A stretch of 64,000 nucleotides of DNA from Tubulanus polymorphus (lineage: Eukaryota; Animalia; Nemertea). The notes beneath the pieces are model-generated. The model saw only the letters and a list, made by a program, of their open reading frames with translations. It made no database searches and had not been told where the DNA came from. The stretch lies in contig NC_134026.1 of assembly GCF_964204645.1 (NCBI RefSeq), forward strand, positions 15,534,150-15,598,149. Direction: 5' to 3'. Below are positions 27,996 through 40,011 of the stretch, piece after piece (position 1 is the stretch's first letter; every line of letters starts with the position of its first letter). The position numbers and the translations under genes were made by a program.

Positions 27996-28821
27996 AATGC
28001 GGGATATCGACAAATTCAAGTTCTTGAATTACTCGTTTGATGGCGCTAGTCTGAACCGGAAATTGGAACCTAAATCCGCCATGTTCTAGTTCATTTGCAA
28101 TAAAAATCTCTCGCTTCAAGTTTTTAGTTAGCGATATTTTACTTACTATGCAACGGCACGCATAATCCTTTGAGTATGATATCCTGATAATGTGTTGAAT
28201 TCGATAAAACCTCACTTCAAACGCTAAAGATTACTTGAAATGTCAAAAAACTACCAAAAATAACAAATTTAGCGATGACGCTCGAAGCAGATAATGGAAG
28301 TAATGACTGGTGCCGGGTGTAATCACTTTGTTGTTGAGTTCAAGACTCTTAAGGTAAATTTATTGCAGGCAACACTGATAAATATGAAATAATATTATGA
28401 AATAAAATTGACTTTACAAGGACTAAACTCGTAGATTTATAATAAAAATATGAAAAGTACCAGGACTGGAACCAACAATCTTAATTGGGCCGTCAAGTGC
28501 CGCCACCATGTGATACCTGGCAACCAGTCTTTACATCGTCAGCCGTTGCAAAATGTTTTTTAATAATTCTAGGGCATTTATAGTGATTTCTAGCCTTTGC
28601 AGTGAGGTTTTATCATATCCAACGTAGCGGTAGGATAACATATTTCAAGGATTATGCGTGACGATATATAGTAAGTAAAATATCGCTCATTGAAAACTTG
28701 AAGCGAGAGATTTTCATTGCAAATGAACTAGAGCATGGCGGATTTAGGTTCAAATTTCCGGTTCTGACTAGCGCCATCAAACGAGTAATTCAAGAACTTG
28801 AATTTGTCGATATCCCGTATT
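27996..28821. mobile_element. Non-autonomous element with ~220-bp TIRs (long-TIR MITE)
   Basis: 28000-28216 is the reverse complement of 28601-28817 (CGGGATATCGACAAATTCAAGTTCTTGAATTACTCG… / …CGAGTAATTCAAGAACTTGAATTTGTCGATATCCCG). This explains the near-identical mirror ORFs at 27985-28215 and 28698-28892. Confidence 0.85.
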
Positions 28822-29996
28822 GCGAAGTATGTATGTCCTGTCAATTTCACGATACGATTGACCGGCCAAACTGGTTGGAAATAGATCAATAATAAAGTTA
28901 TCTATATATAGTTTTCAAGTTTTAATAGTTTTCTTGAGAAAAACTTTAAAGATTAGTTATCTATATTCCAGTTATCTAAATAAGTTGTTCTCAGCTATTT
29001 GCACATTGATAAAAATGTGATAACAATATTTAGATATAGTATGAATATTATAAATTAAATGTCTTTACGAAATGTTTGTCTTTGATATATTGTTCTTTTC
29101 CAGTACACATCCATGCAGTAGTTCAACACTTCTTCTTGACATGCTGTAGTTGCTCCTTTTTACATAATAATTTACATAATAATCCTTCTTGGAAAGTTTT
29201 AGCTGTAATGAGGAATGGATGACGGAAATATAAGTGATCGAAAAGTGTAAATTTGAAGGAATTTTCACATCGCGTAGTTCGTCTGACACCCATGTAGATG
29301 GCGCTGATGATGACACAATATGAGCTACATGCTGAATTCAAGCCAGCGCAAATTCCTAGTTTCATGCTGATATACATGACATATAAAGTTTTAGGTTTTA
29401 GTTATAGGTTTATCTTATATGACCGGCTTTACTGCATAGTATATATTACACTCATCAGATCCTGGTATTAGAGCCGTGGGAAACACTACCGGTACTGATC
29501 ATCTGAGTAGTCGTGTTTACCTTGCCGGCTACCGCGCTGTACTAGGCCGATTGGAGGTAAAAGTGTGTCATATCTTGATTATTTGTAAATGGTTACATTT
29601 CTGATGAAAATAATGATATAACCAATAGCAAGTAGTCAGTGCACGTTCAGAAAATTCGTGCACCTGTTATTCAGTAATCAGTAATCAGCAATCAGTAATA
29701 GGCCTATACGAATTTTAAAATCCTGCAAAACAGTTCAAAGAAGTTCACTGTTCACTGGTCCAATCAAAACAACATTGAGGTATATGTGAAGGATCGATGT
29801 CAAATGAAAATTAATAGACATTAGCAGCGGCGGTCCAGGATACCATGGAGGAGGTGCACAAATCCAAATAGGAGGGGGGGGGGGGGGTCTGAGGGTCCAA
29901 CCCCAGAAAATAGCAATTTGAATAGTGATTTTCAAACTTTCATGAACGATGCAGAACTGCCGCAAAAAAGCGCTGGTAATTGTAAACGACGACATA

Positions 29997-30089
29997 AGTA
30001 ATTAGAAATTGTGGCTTTCAGGCCAGAGGGCGAGAGGGCGAGACACCTCTCATCACCACAAGTAATTTTTTTTTCTTATAAATGGGAGA
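29997..30089 (+). repeat. Polinton left TIR (~93 bp)
   Basis: AGTAATTAGAAATTGTGGCTTTCAGGCCAGAGGGCGAGAGGGCGAGACACCTCTCATCACCACAA…ATAAATGGGAGA; one mismatch to the right TIR in the first ~64 bp. Confidence 0.95.
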
Positions 30090-33000
30090 GAGTGAACAAC
30101 ATACAGAACAAATTGATGTTAATGAAAATCAATTTTATTGTACATATTGTAAAAAATACATTGATAAAACTCATAAAGCACGACATGAAAAAACCGTAAA
30201 TCATATAAAAAATGTTATAGATTTTGAAACTCCAGAAAATTCCAATGAAAGAAAAGAACGATTAGATGATATGAATGTGGATGAAATAAAATGTGAAGTT
30301 TGTCATGAATTTATAGTAAAAAGGAATTATAAAAGACATATCAAATCACAAAAACACCATCAAAATTTGAGTAATAATGTTTTAGGAATAGATTATTTCG
30401 GTGATAAACCTCAACAAGTAAAAAAACCAACTTCAAAAACTAAATCCATTTCAAATAAACCTTACATGGAAAATGTTAGAAATTATATCGATTCACTAGA
30501 AATAAAAGTTACAATTGAAATTTTAGAAACATTACATAGTTTAATTGGTCCTGCAGCCATTATATTTAGATTTTTTAAAGGTACAACAATAGAAGATTAT
30601 AGTAAGTTTAATGAAATAATGGGAAAAATACTAGATTTGATAACAGATGTTGAATATCCAAAAATTAGTATCTCTGGGAAAGTAAGTTTTTTAAAGTCAG
30701 AGGAGAAAATGGATTATAATATTCAAACACTCTCTGAAGAAATAATTTCAAAAACACAAATAAAAGAGAAGTTAGAAAAAATATTTAATGAATTTAAACG
30801 TCACATTGAAGAAAGATATTTTGAGGGTTCTGGTTTAACATTGAATGAAATTATATTTTTAGATTTAAATGATAATGTTACAAAAAGGAATAAAACATCA
30901 AAAAGTAAAACAATGTTTAAAACTGATCCAAACTTTACTACAGAAAAGGATATTAAAGCATCAAGTTATATCAAATTACCATTTACAACAAAAGCAGTAA
31001 TAAATGTTCAAAATGAAGATAATAAATGTTTTCCATGGTCAATTATTAGTTGCTTACATCCAACAGAAGAACATGTTTATAGAATAACAGATTACCGGAA
31101 ATATGAAACATTATATAAAATTGATCAATATCCAGTAACTATAAAAATGATAGTTAAGATAGAAAAAGTTAATAATTTTTTATAATAAATGTATTCGAAT
31201 TAATGTAATTACCAAAGACAAAAGGTGAAAATATTAAAGATTATACATTAGAAGCTTTATATTTAACAGAATATTATGATGATGAAAATGCTATAGATTT
31301 GTTATATTCAAAAAAGATGAAAATGAACATTATATGTGGTTAAAACAAATTGATTTATTCTTTAGAACAGAAAGTGATCATCATCGTAAAATTTATCTAT
31401 GTAGAAAATGTTTATCTAAATTTATGACTGAGAATACATTATTAAAACATAAAGAAGTATGTGACAATAAAGATTTTTGTAAATTAATAATGCCAACAAA
31501 AAAGATTGTAAGTTGAAATTTACTAATCATAAATTTAAAAATATTGTTCCATTTGTAATTTATGGAGATTTTGAATCGTTGATTAAAGAATTAACTGATC
31601 AAGATACAAAAGAAATATACAATAAAAAGCAATTTTTAAAATCAATGGATAAAGGAAATGAATTAAATGAAGACATAATTCAAGATCCACCAATTATAAA
31701 CACAATTTAAAAAGTTCATCAAAGAGCTGCTGCTTATGGAATTTTACATAAAGTCAAATTATCCTGAATTATATGAAAGTCAATATATTTCCTTTAGGTT
31801 AATGATTTTTGTAATGAAATAAATGAATTAGAAAGTGATTTTGCAAAATTATTGAACAAAAATAAAGGAATAGTTATGACAAAAGAAGATGAAATTCATT
31901 CTAATTATGCAACTCATTGTTGTTATTGTGAAAAACGTTTTTATTCATTTGATAAAAAAGAGATCATGATCATTTAAATTCAAAATACCGCGGAGCTGCT
32001 CATAAAGATTGTAATTTACAAGCTAAGAAAGTTAATTTCGTACCAATATTATTTCATAATTTATCAGGCTATGATACCCATCTATTTATAAAACAATTAT
32101 CGGGAAAATTGGGCGCAATTAATCAAGAAATAGAAGAATATAATGCTATGAATGGTGCAAATGTAAGGAAATATGATTTTAAACTATTAGCTAAGACATC
32201 TGAAAATTATTTTTCACTTCAATTTGGTTGCATTAGATTTTTAGATTCTTATAGATTTCTAGCAAGGTCATTAGATAATTTAGCAAACGTTTAGTTGATA
32301 ATGATTTTATAATAACTCAACATTATTATCCAAATGAACAATATTTTAAATTATTGAGATATAAAGGCGCAATTCCTTATTCATTTTATAAAACACATGA
32401 TGATTTTAATGTAACAGAATTATTAAAAGAACAATTTTATGATCAATTAAGAGGAGTATGTGAAAGATGAAGTGTTTAATAGAACATTAAATATTTGGGA
32501 TCACTTTAAGATAAAAAATCATGGTGAATTAGTAGATTTATATTTAAAATCAGATGTTGTGATATTGGCTGACATATTTGAAAAATTTAGAGAAGTTAAT
32601 TTGAAGTCCTGGTTTAACCTGACAATGTGGTTTAAAATATACAAATGTAGAATTAGATTTATTAAAAGAACCAGACATGGTTTTATTATTTGAAAAATCA
32701 ATAAGGGGGGGGGGGAATTAGTGGTGTTATGGGAGATAGACATTTTAAAGCAAATGATGAATATAAATTATTATATATTGACGCCAATAATTTATATGGT
32801 TAGGCAATGATGCAACCTCAACCATACAAAAATTTTATATTAACTGAAGTTGAAAATGATGATAAAACTGACTGGGAAAGCGCAATTACGAGTTTAAAAG
32901 ATGAAGCACCAATTGGTTATTTCTTTGTAGTTGATTTGGAATATCCTGATAACATAAAGTTTGAAACAAGAAATTTACCTTATTGCCCTGAACATTTAGC

Positions 33001-35067
33001 TGTAGATGATAGTTATCTAAGTGAATACCAGAAGAATATAAAACCGAAAGATCATGTTTTTACAGAAAAATTAATACTTACTCAAAATAATAAATACAAT
33101 TATATTGTTCATTATAGACTGTTAAAATTTTATCTAAAACAAGGATTGAAATTAAAGAAAGTACATAGATATATTGAATTTAATCAATCGAAGTGGTTAG
33201 AAAAATATATAGTTATTAATACTCAACAGAGAACCATATCAAAAACAGATTTTGAAAAAGATTTCTTCAAATTAATGAATAATAGTTTTTATGGTAAAAC
33301 ATGTGAAAATATTAGAAATAGAAATGATATTGAATTAGTAAATAATTCTGAAAGATTAAGACATTTACAATCAAGCCCTAGACATTTAGGAAATAAAAGA
33401 TTTGAAAATTATTTAACAGCAGTAAAATTAAAAAGAATGTCAATGAAATTTAATAAACCTATATTCATTGGTTCAACTGTTTTAGAAGTATCAAAATTAT
33501 TAATGTATGATTTTTATTATAATGTTTTACAACCACTTTTTGGGGAAAAACATATAGAAATCTTATATTTTGATTCTGTAACAGCTGACACCCCAATATT
33601 ATTAAAATGTAATGATAAAATATTGAACAAAATGAACGTTATATTTCATATGGTGAAACAGAATTAATACAAATAAATGGATTAATGGATGTTTGGACAA
33701 GAAATGGATGGAAAATATTAAAGAATATTATTAGGCATAAAACAAATAAGAAAATCCATAGAGTTAGAACTAAATTAGGGTTTGTATATGTTACAGAAGA
33801 TCATAGTTTAATTAAACGAAATGGTGATGAAATAAAACCAACTGATATAAAAATTGGGGATGAATTATTACATAAAAGATTTTTCCAAAGAATGAATCAT
33901 ATGTCATTTGATGAAATAATTGATAATATTTATAATATAGAACCCGAAACATTAGAAGAAAAAGAATATTTTATCGAAGGAATTTTTATGGGAAATGGTT
34001 CAGCAGGTGTGTATAATAGTGTTAGTGGAACTTAATATTGTTGGTATTTATGCGATCAAGATTTGAAATTATTAGAAAGAATTAAGAAATTCTGTGAAGA
34101 AGTTTACTCAAATAAAACATTTAGAATCATGGATGTTATGAAATCATCAGTAGTTTATAGAATACTCGTTAATAACCCTAAAGATTTTGCAATTAAATAT
34201 AAAGATGAATTCTATATTCATGCAACAGTTAAAAGTAATACTTCAACTAAAGAAAAGATAGTGCCAAATTATTTATTAAATGCAAAAGATGATTTAAGAA
34301 AATGGTTCTTCATTGGATTCAATGCTGCAGATGGTTCAAAAAGTTTCAAAAACCGCAAAACAATATCTTTAGCTCAAAAAGGAAAAGTTGCTATATCAGG
34401 ATTGAATATATTATGCAATTCATTAGGTTTTAATATGAATATTGGATTGATTAAATCTAAACCAAATTGTTTTAATTTAAGCCATGTAGAAAATGAGTTA
34501 ACTGAAGAAGTTAAAGATTTATTTGAAATATATAACCCATCAGATTATGTTTATGATTTATCAACTGAAGATGGAACATTTAACTGTGGATATTCATTAA
34601 TAGCGGTCAATACGGATGCCTACATACTAAAAATCAAGACAAATGACATAACAAAAGACTTAAAAACATTAAAACATCATTTTGATTTTAGCAATTATCC
34701 CAAAGATAATGAACTATTTAGCAATGATAATAAAAAGATTCCTGGTAAGTTTAAAGATGAATTAGGGGGTGATGAAATGATTGAATTTGTTGGGATAAGA
34801 AGTAAAATGTATAGTTATAGAACAAAAGATCATGAAGCTAAAAAGTTAAAAGGAATAACAAAACATGTGGTTGATAAACATATAGAATTTCAAGATTATA
34901 TAAAATGTTTATATAACTCATTTGTAATGAAACATAAAATGAATTGTTTAAGATCAGAAGATCACGAGATGTACATTAATGAAGTTGAAAAAACTAGTTT
35001 GAATCCATTCGATGATAAAAGATATATTTTGGGTGATGGAATAAAAACATTACCTTATGGTTATTAA
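30082..35067 (+). pseudogene. polB: Protein-primed family B DNA polymerase (pPolB) with N-terminal zinc fingers, EndoVII-like insert and intein; multiple frameshifts and stops
   Basis: SSYIKLP..AVINVQNEDNKCF; ExoI VPFVIYGDFESL; ExoII FHNLSGYD; FLDSYRFL; ExoIII YLKSDVVILADIFEKFR; motif A YIDANNLYG*AM; motif B KLMNNSFYGK; motif C YFD/TDA split by the intein; GKFKDE, RSKMY, KLKGI, FDDKRY. Confidence 0.95.
33575..34611 (+). mobile_element. Intein with LAGLIDADG homing endonuclease in pPolB motif C (one frameshift, one premature stop)
   Basis: Block A SVTADTPILLK after YFD; block B GFVYVTEDHSL; LAGLIDADG-like YFIEGIFMGNGS and FFIGFNAADGS; block F YVYDLSTEDGTFNC; terminal Asn (IAVN) followed by +1 Thr (TDA). 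Frameshift near 33615-33625, TAA at 34033-34035. Confidence 0.93.
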
Positions 35068-36377
35068 AACGTAAAATCAATATCATCATACTCGAAATCA
35101 CTACTGGTTTCTTCATTTTTATTTAATTGTTTAGGTTCTTGCATTTCATTTTTCTCATTTAAATAAAGTTCTATATTGTACCACATTTCATCTCGCTCTC
35201 TTTGTTTCTTTTTGTTTGTTAATTCATCAAATGGAATTATAATATCGATGTTTAAAAAATTTACAATCTTATTTCAAAAGAATTCATAATTAATTGAATC
35301 TATTATTCTATTATTTACATAATATCTTAATATTTTTTTGAATGTTTCTTTTATATTTTCCATATCTTCTTCTGTTAATTCAGGTTTTTTATAATAATCG
35401 TTAAATAATAGATGTAAATACATTTTCTTTCCTTGTGTGTTAAATGTTGATGGAATAATTGTTTTTATAATATCTTTCTTAGTTATTTCACCATTTTTAT
35501 TTTCTATCATTTTAATTTTTTCAAGCCATAGCGTATATTCTGGTGTATGATCTTCCATAGAAAATATCTTAAAAATTTCATCTAGATATTTTAATTTTGG
35601 TTCTATAAGAATATCTCTAGTTTTTTCATCACCCCATAAATTTTTTTGCCATCCACATTCATTACAAAATATCACAGGTCCTTCTTGTCTTAAGTGCCCA
35701 TAAATACATTGTGGGCATTTTTTTCTATCATTTCTTGGTAAAAGACCTTCATTAAGCTCTTGGTATTTTCTTACGTTTTCTTTATGTTTTATTGTTCTAT
35801 TATGTAGATTTGAATTACTTGTTGTAATAAACAATTTACAATATTTACAATAATATGTTTTTCTTACTAATTCATTATATTGTTTTTCCAACTTTTTAAG
35901 TGTTTCTTCATTATCTGGCAACGTTTTCTCATATTTTATTTTTTCTAATATTTTATTTTTTCTTTCATTGAATTCAGTTTCAAATTTATTAGAAATTTTA
36001 TCTATATGTGCTTTACGAAATTGATGATTCTCCCAATCTTCTATATTTTCAGGTCTATATTTTATTCGACAAGGCTCACAGAAATATTCTTTTATATTAT
36101 CCTTATTATAGAATAAGAAAGGTCTTTTCCAAATAATTTCAGATTCAACTTCAACAGAATTACTACTACTTTCGTTACTATCAACATTTACCGTTGTGTC
36201 ATTAATTTTACACTTCTCTGAATGTTTTTCAACATAATTTCTTGAGAATAATTTATTACAATTTGGGCAGTTTATTTTAAAGGGTTCATAATTTTTATCA
36301 TGTTTTTTCATATGTCGAGCCATATTACTTTTTCTTTGAAGTTCACCACAAATTTCACATGGTATCTTCTCATCCAT
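35064..36377 (-). CDS. Multi-zinc-finger protein (C2H2/matrin-like fingers plus a C4 ribbon), with an in-frame TGA at 35274-35276
   Basis: CEIC..HMKKH, CPNC..H..C, CEPC..H..H, CKYC..H..H, CPQC..CNEC. The frame stays open for a further ~69 codons past the TGA to TAA at 35064-35066, which overlaps the polB stop. Confidence 0.75.
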
Positions 36378-36444
36378 TAATTTAGGAAAAAATTTATTAA
36401 AATTAATTTTTAGTGATGAGAGGAAATTTTTTGTGCTATAAATA

Positions 36445-37203
36445 ATGGGTGAATTAAAAGAATATATAATATTTGTTGATTCTAGAAGGCTTACAAATTA
36501 TAAATCACATAATTTATTGGTACAATTAGATAGAGAATTTAATAATTGTGTTGATTTAAAATTAGTAAATGTAAGTTTATGTAAATCATTTTACAATATA
36601 TCGAATAAAACTAATGAACATAGAGCCTTTTTAATTTTTAATAAAAATAAAAATGAATGGGCCTATATATATTTAAAACCGGGGTTATATAATTTAGATA
36701 CATTGGCACAAGAAATTAATAGAAAAGCCTGGCACAAGTCAGGTAATAATTCCGGGTTTAATATTAGATTTTTAAAAAGAGAGAGTTCTAACAAAATAAA
36801 GATAAGGTTGGCTGATATTGAAAAACATTAATTTATGGTAAAAAAACCTATAGCTAAACTGTTAGGAATTCCTCCAGATAAATCTTTTACAAATATTGAT
36901 GCAACACCAAACTTGATACCTTTTACACACTTTTATATTTATTGCAGTTTAATCGATCCTACAAAAACATTCGAAGCAACTAAAGATATAACTTGTAATT
37001 CTGGTTTATTAAACATTTTACCATTGAAGAATGTTAAAGAATTTGGAACGCAAATAAATTATAATTTAGCTGATTGTGATTTCAAACCATGCATTCCTAA
37101 ATTTAATAATTGTAGATTAGAAATTAGAAATCATAATGGATACTTAATTGATTTAAATAATTTCCCTGTTACTTATGAATTAATTATCAGATGTAGAGAG
37201 TAA
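36445..37203 (+). pseudogene. Minor capsid protein (penton, single jelly-roll), one in-frame stop at 36829-36831
   Basis: IFVDS, SFYNIS, KPGLYN, AKLLGI, FYIYCSLI, LLNILP, LEIRNHNGYLIDLN pattern typical of Polinton mCP; the two ORFs are in the same frame. Confidence 0.75.
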
Positions 37204-37218
37204 TTTTTTGATATATAA

Positions 37219-37560
37219 ATGAATATAACAGTAGGGCCGAGTATATGTTTTGGGTTTGATTATAAACATGGTAAAAAAATTAGAATTAAACTAAATGATG
37301 TAATTACTGATATTAAAAGTAAATCATTTAATAATGTATCAATGATTAATAAAGAAAATTATATTATAGAAAAAGTAATTGATTTAATTAAAACACCTTT
37401 AGAATATTATGAATTAAATGAAGATGGAATTATCGATGATATTAAAAACATATTATCCAAAATATATGATAATCATAAAACTAATAATACTATAAATGTT
37501 GAAATAATCATAAATAAGATAACTGATTATTTTGAAGATAGTAATTTCTTTTCTAAATAA
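37219..37560 (+). CDS. Hypothetical Polinton protein (113 aa)
   Basis: Intact ORF with T-tract plus TAAATG start context shared with neighbouring genes. Confidence 0.6.
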   Translation: MNITVGPSICFGFDYKHGKKIRIKLNDVITDIKSKSFNNVSMINKENYIIEKVIDLIKTPLEYYELNEDGIIDDIKNILSKIYDNHKTNNTINVEIIINKITDYFEDSNFFSK

Positions 37561-37782
37561 ATGGCGGATCAGAAGTGGAACATAACTGGATTATATAATG
37601 GAGCATTACTATCAGTTGGAACTGTTGGTTATTCAATGGTATTAAAAAAAGTATTTAAAATGGGAAGTTTTAATGTTGATAGATTTGATATAAATGATAT
37701 TTTAAAATTAACGCTAGCAGTTACTTTATCTAATGTAACTGTTGATTATTTGGAAAAACAAAACTATATTCCTCCTATATAA
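37561..37782 (+). CDS. Small hydrophobic/amphipathic Polinton protein (73 aa)
   Basis: Intact ORF, two hydrophobic segments, ends NYIPPI; TAAATG start. Confidence 0.65.
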   Translation: MADQKWNITGLYNGALLSVGTVGYSMVLKKVFKMGSFNVDRFDINDILKLTLAVTLSNVTVDYLEKQNYIPPI

Positions 37783-37806
37783 ATACCTAATTTTTTTATT
37801 AAATAA

Positions 37807-38208
37807 ATGGCATCTGCAATTATAACTATTATAGGATCGGCAATTGTTAACGCTTTAGCATTTACTGGTGGTGGATATTTGTTTGAGCATATTGATAAAA
37901 ATAGTTCATTAGCAGAACAAAGAAGACATAACTTAGCGTCAGAAAAATATAATAAAGCTGCAGAAGAATATAGAGAAAAGAGACAAAATTACATGGATTA
38001 TATTAACAAAGAATTATATGATCAGAAGATTTCACATAGGGATTTTCAATCAGTTGATGATGCAATGAGTTTATATAACGCAGTAACAAATAAAGAAAAA
38101 TTACATCTATACAAACCTAAATTATCGGATTATTATACCCCAAGTAAAGAACAACAGAAATATGAAATAATGTGGATTTTAGGTGGAACAGTTATTGTTT
38201 ATTTGTAG
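37807..38208 (+). CDS. Polinton membrane-associated protein (N- and C-terminal hydrophobic segments, central coiled coil)
   Basis: MASAIITIIGSAIVNALAFTGGGYLF…EQRRHNLA…PKLSDYYTPS…ILGGTVIVYL; TAAATG start. Confidence 0.7.
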   Translation: MASAIITIIGSAIVNALAFTGGGYLFEHIDKNSSLAEQRRHNLASEKYNKAAEEYREKRQNYMDYINKELYDQKISHRDFQSVDDAMSLYNAVTNKEKLHLYKPKLSDYYTPSKEQQKYEIMWILGGTVIVYL

Positions 38209-38247
38209 CATATAAATTTACTAATTAGTAATTTTTTTGCTAAATAA

Positions 38248-38661
38248 ATGGATGATGAAGTTGATAATAATGATATTATTCCTCATGATATAAATAAAAC
38301 TAAATTAAAAACATATTTAGAAAAACAAACATTAGAATTTGAAATGACTTAAAGATTAAAAAAAAATATATATTATTTTATTATTAGTGGTTCAGTTACA
38401 ATTAGTTCTGTAATAACATTTCTAGCAATATTCAGTCCATTAACACCTTTAGCTATATCAATTGGTGTGCTAGGATTATCATCAAGTGTTTTAACTGGTA
38501 TAAGTTCAAAATTGAATATAAAAAGTAATAAACAAAAAATTAAAACTAATATAAAAGAAATTAATAAATTAAAAAATACACTAGATTATAAAATGAGTTT
38601 AAATGGTCATATAACAGTTGAAGAACAGGACAAATTATTAAAAGAATTAATGAATTATTAA
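38248..38661 (+). pseudogene. Two-TM coiled-coil protein, disrupted
   Basis: TAAATG start at 38248, stop/frameshift near 38350, then YYFIISGSVTISSVITFLAIFSPLTPLAISIGVLGLSSSVLTGISSKL. Confidence 0.6.
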
Positions 38662-38678
38662 TTTTTTTTATTATATAA

Positions 38679-39990
38679 ATGGTAGATAGTTTTCCAAAAG
38701 CTTTCCAATATAATAAATCGATTAAATATAATATTCCAGCAATAGATCTTAATAAAGATATTTCATATGGAAATGAAGTTTTCGATTCATTAATTAATTT
38801 AGATATTTATGTTACTGAAACTAATAATTTTAATGCAAAGATGGAAAATATATTTCATGTGTATACAATTAATTTTAAAAATCTAAATGAGGCAAAACAA
38901 TGGTTATTAAAATCTAATATGAAGTATTGGCAGAACCAATTAAATTTTGCTGTTTATTGCGCAACAACAGGGTGCGGTATAAGTTGGAATGATCATTTAA
39001 ATAAACCAAGTTTACCATTGCTATTATCACTTTTTAGATTTCATACATATTTTCAAATAAAATTAATGAATGAAATTAGAATGTCCTTTACCAGGTTCAA
39101 AATATTTTAAACAATTGGATAATAATATCAATTTTTCTAAGTCTTATAAAATATGTAATGAATTTGATATTAATTTGTCTATTAATGATTTTAGAGCAAA
39201 AATTGGAACAATGGGTGGATTAGGAATATTATATACTAAAGAATTTGGTAAAATAATAGCAAATTCAGATATAAGAATACTAAATTGGAATGAATTACCA
39301 AAATATTATAATAATATACAACAAAAAAATAATGGTTGGATTAATTTCATTTTAGATAATATTGAAGGTTTTACAAAATCAGGTATACAAAGAATAAATC
39401 AATCTATTAGAACTTATTTGATATGTGTTTTGGAAATGATAACACTTCATTTGATGCGCAGAAACAATTTAAAGTTTTATTTGAAGATTTCATACATATT
39501 GATAAAAATAGATCGATTCCAGAAAACATAGTTAGGTACCAAAATTATTTAGATAAATCACATATTAGATTAAATTATTGTATAGGCCCTAATCTATTAA
39601 TTATTTCTAATGATTTAGTATTAAAGATGGGAAATATAATTGGTTATAATAATTTAATTAAGACTGCAACAATAAATAATTCATTTGGATTGAATGATAT
39701 AAATAAAACGATTATTACTGCTCCAAAATTAATGGAAGGTGAAAACATTAAAAAACATTTTCAATCAACAGAAACTAAAACTAAGAATATTAAATAAAAT
39801 AATGATTCTAAAATAAAAGATTACAATACTACAGAAAATGGTGCCGTACGGCACCCACACGGTGATATAAAAACTGATATTATTCAACATGACATAATTA
39901 AAACTGATAATGATGATAAATCTCATGAAAATACTAAATTAGCTATTACTTGTATAGGAATTGTAATAGAAGGAATATTATATTTTAAAT
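38679..39990 (+). pseudogene. Conserved unknown Polinton protein (YWQNQLNFAVYCATTGCGIS motif), frameshifted
   Basis: Three overlapping ORFs (38679, 39070, 39423) join by frameshifts; hydrophobic tail near 39940-39990. Confidence 0.6.
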
Positions 39991-40011
39991 TTTATTTTTT
40001 TTATTATGTAA

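Noticed and set aside
27985-28892. Two near-identical small ORFs suggesting a duplicated gene
   Set aside because: They are the two arms of a long terminal inverted repeat.
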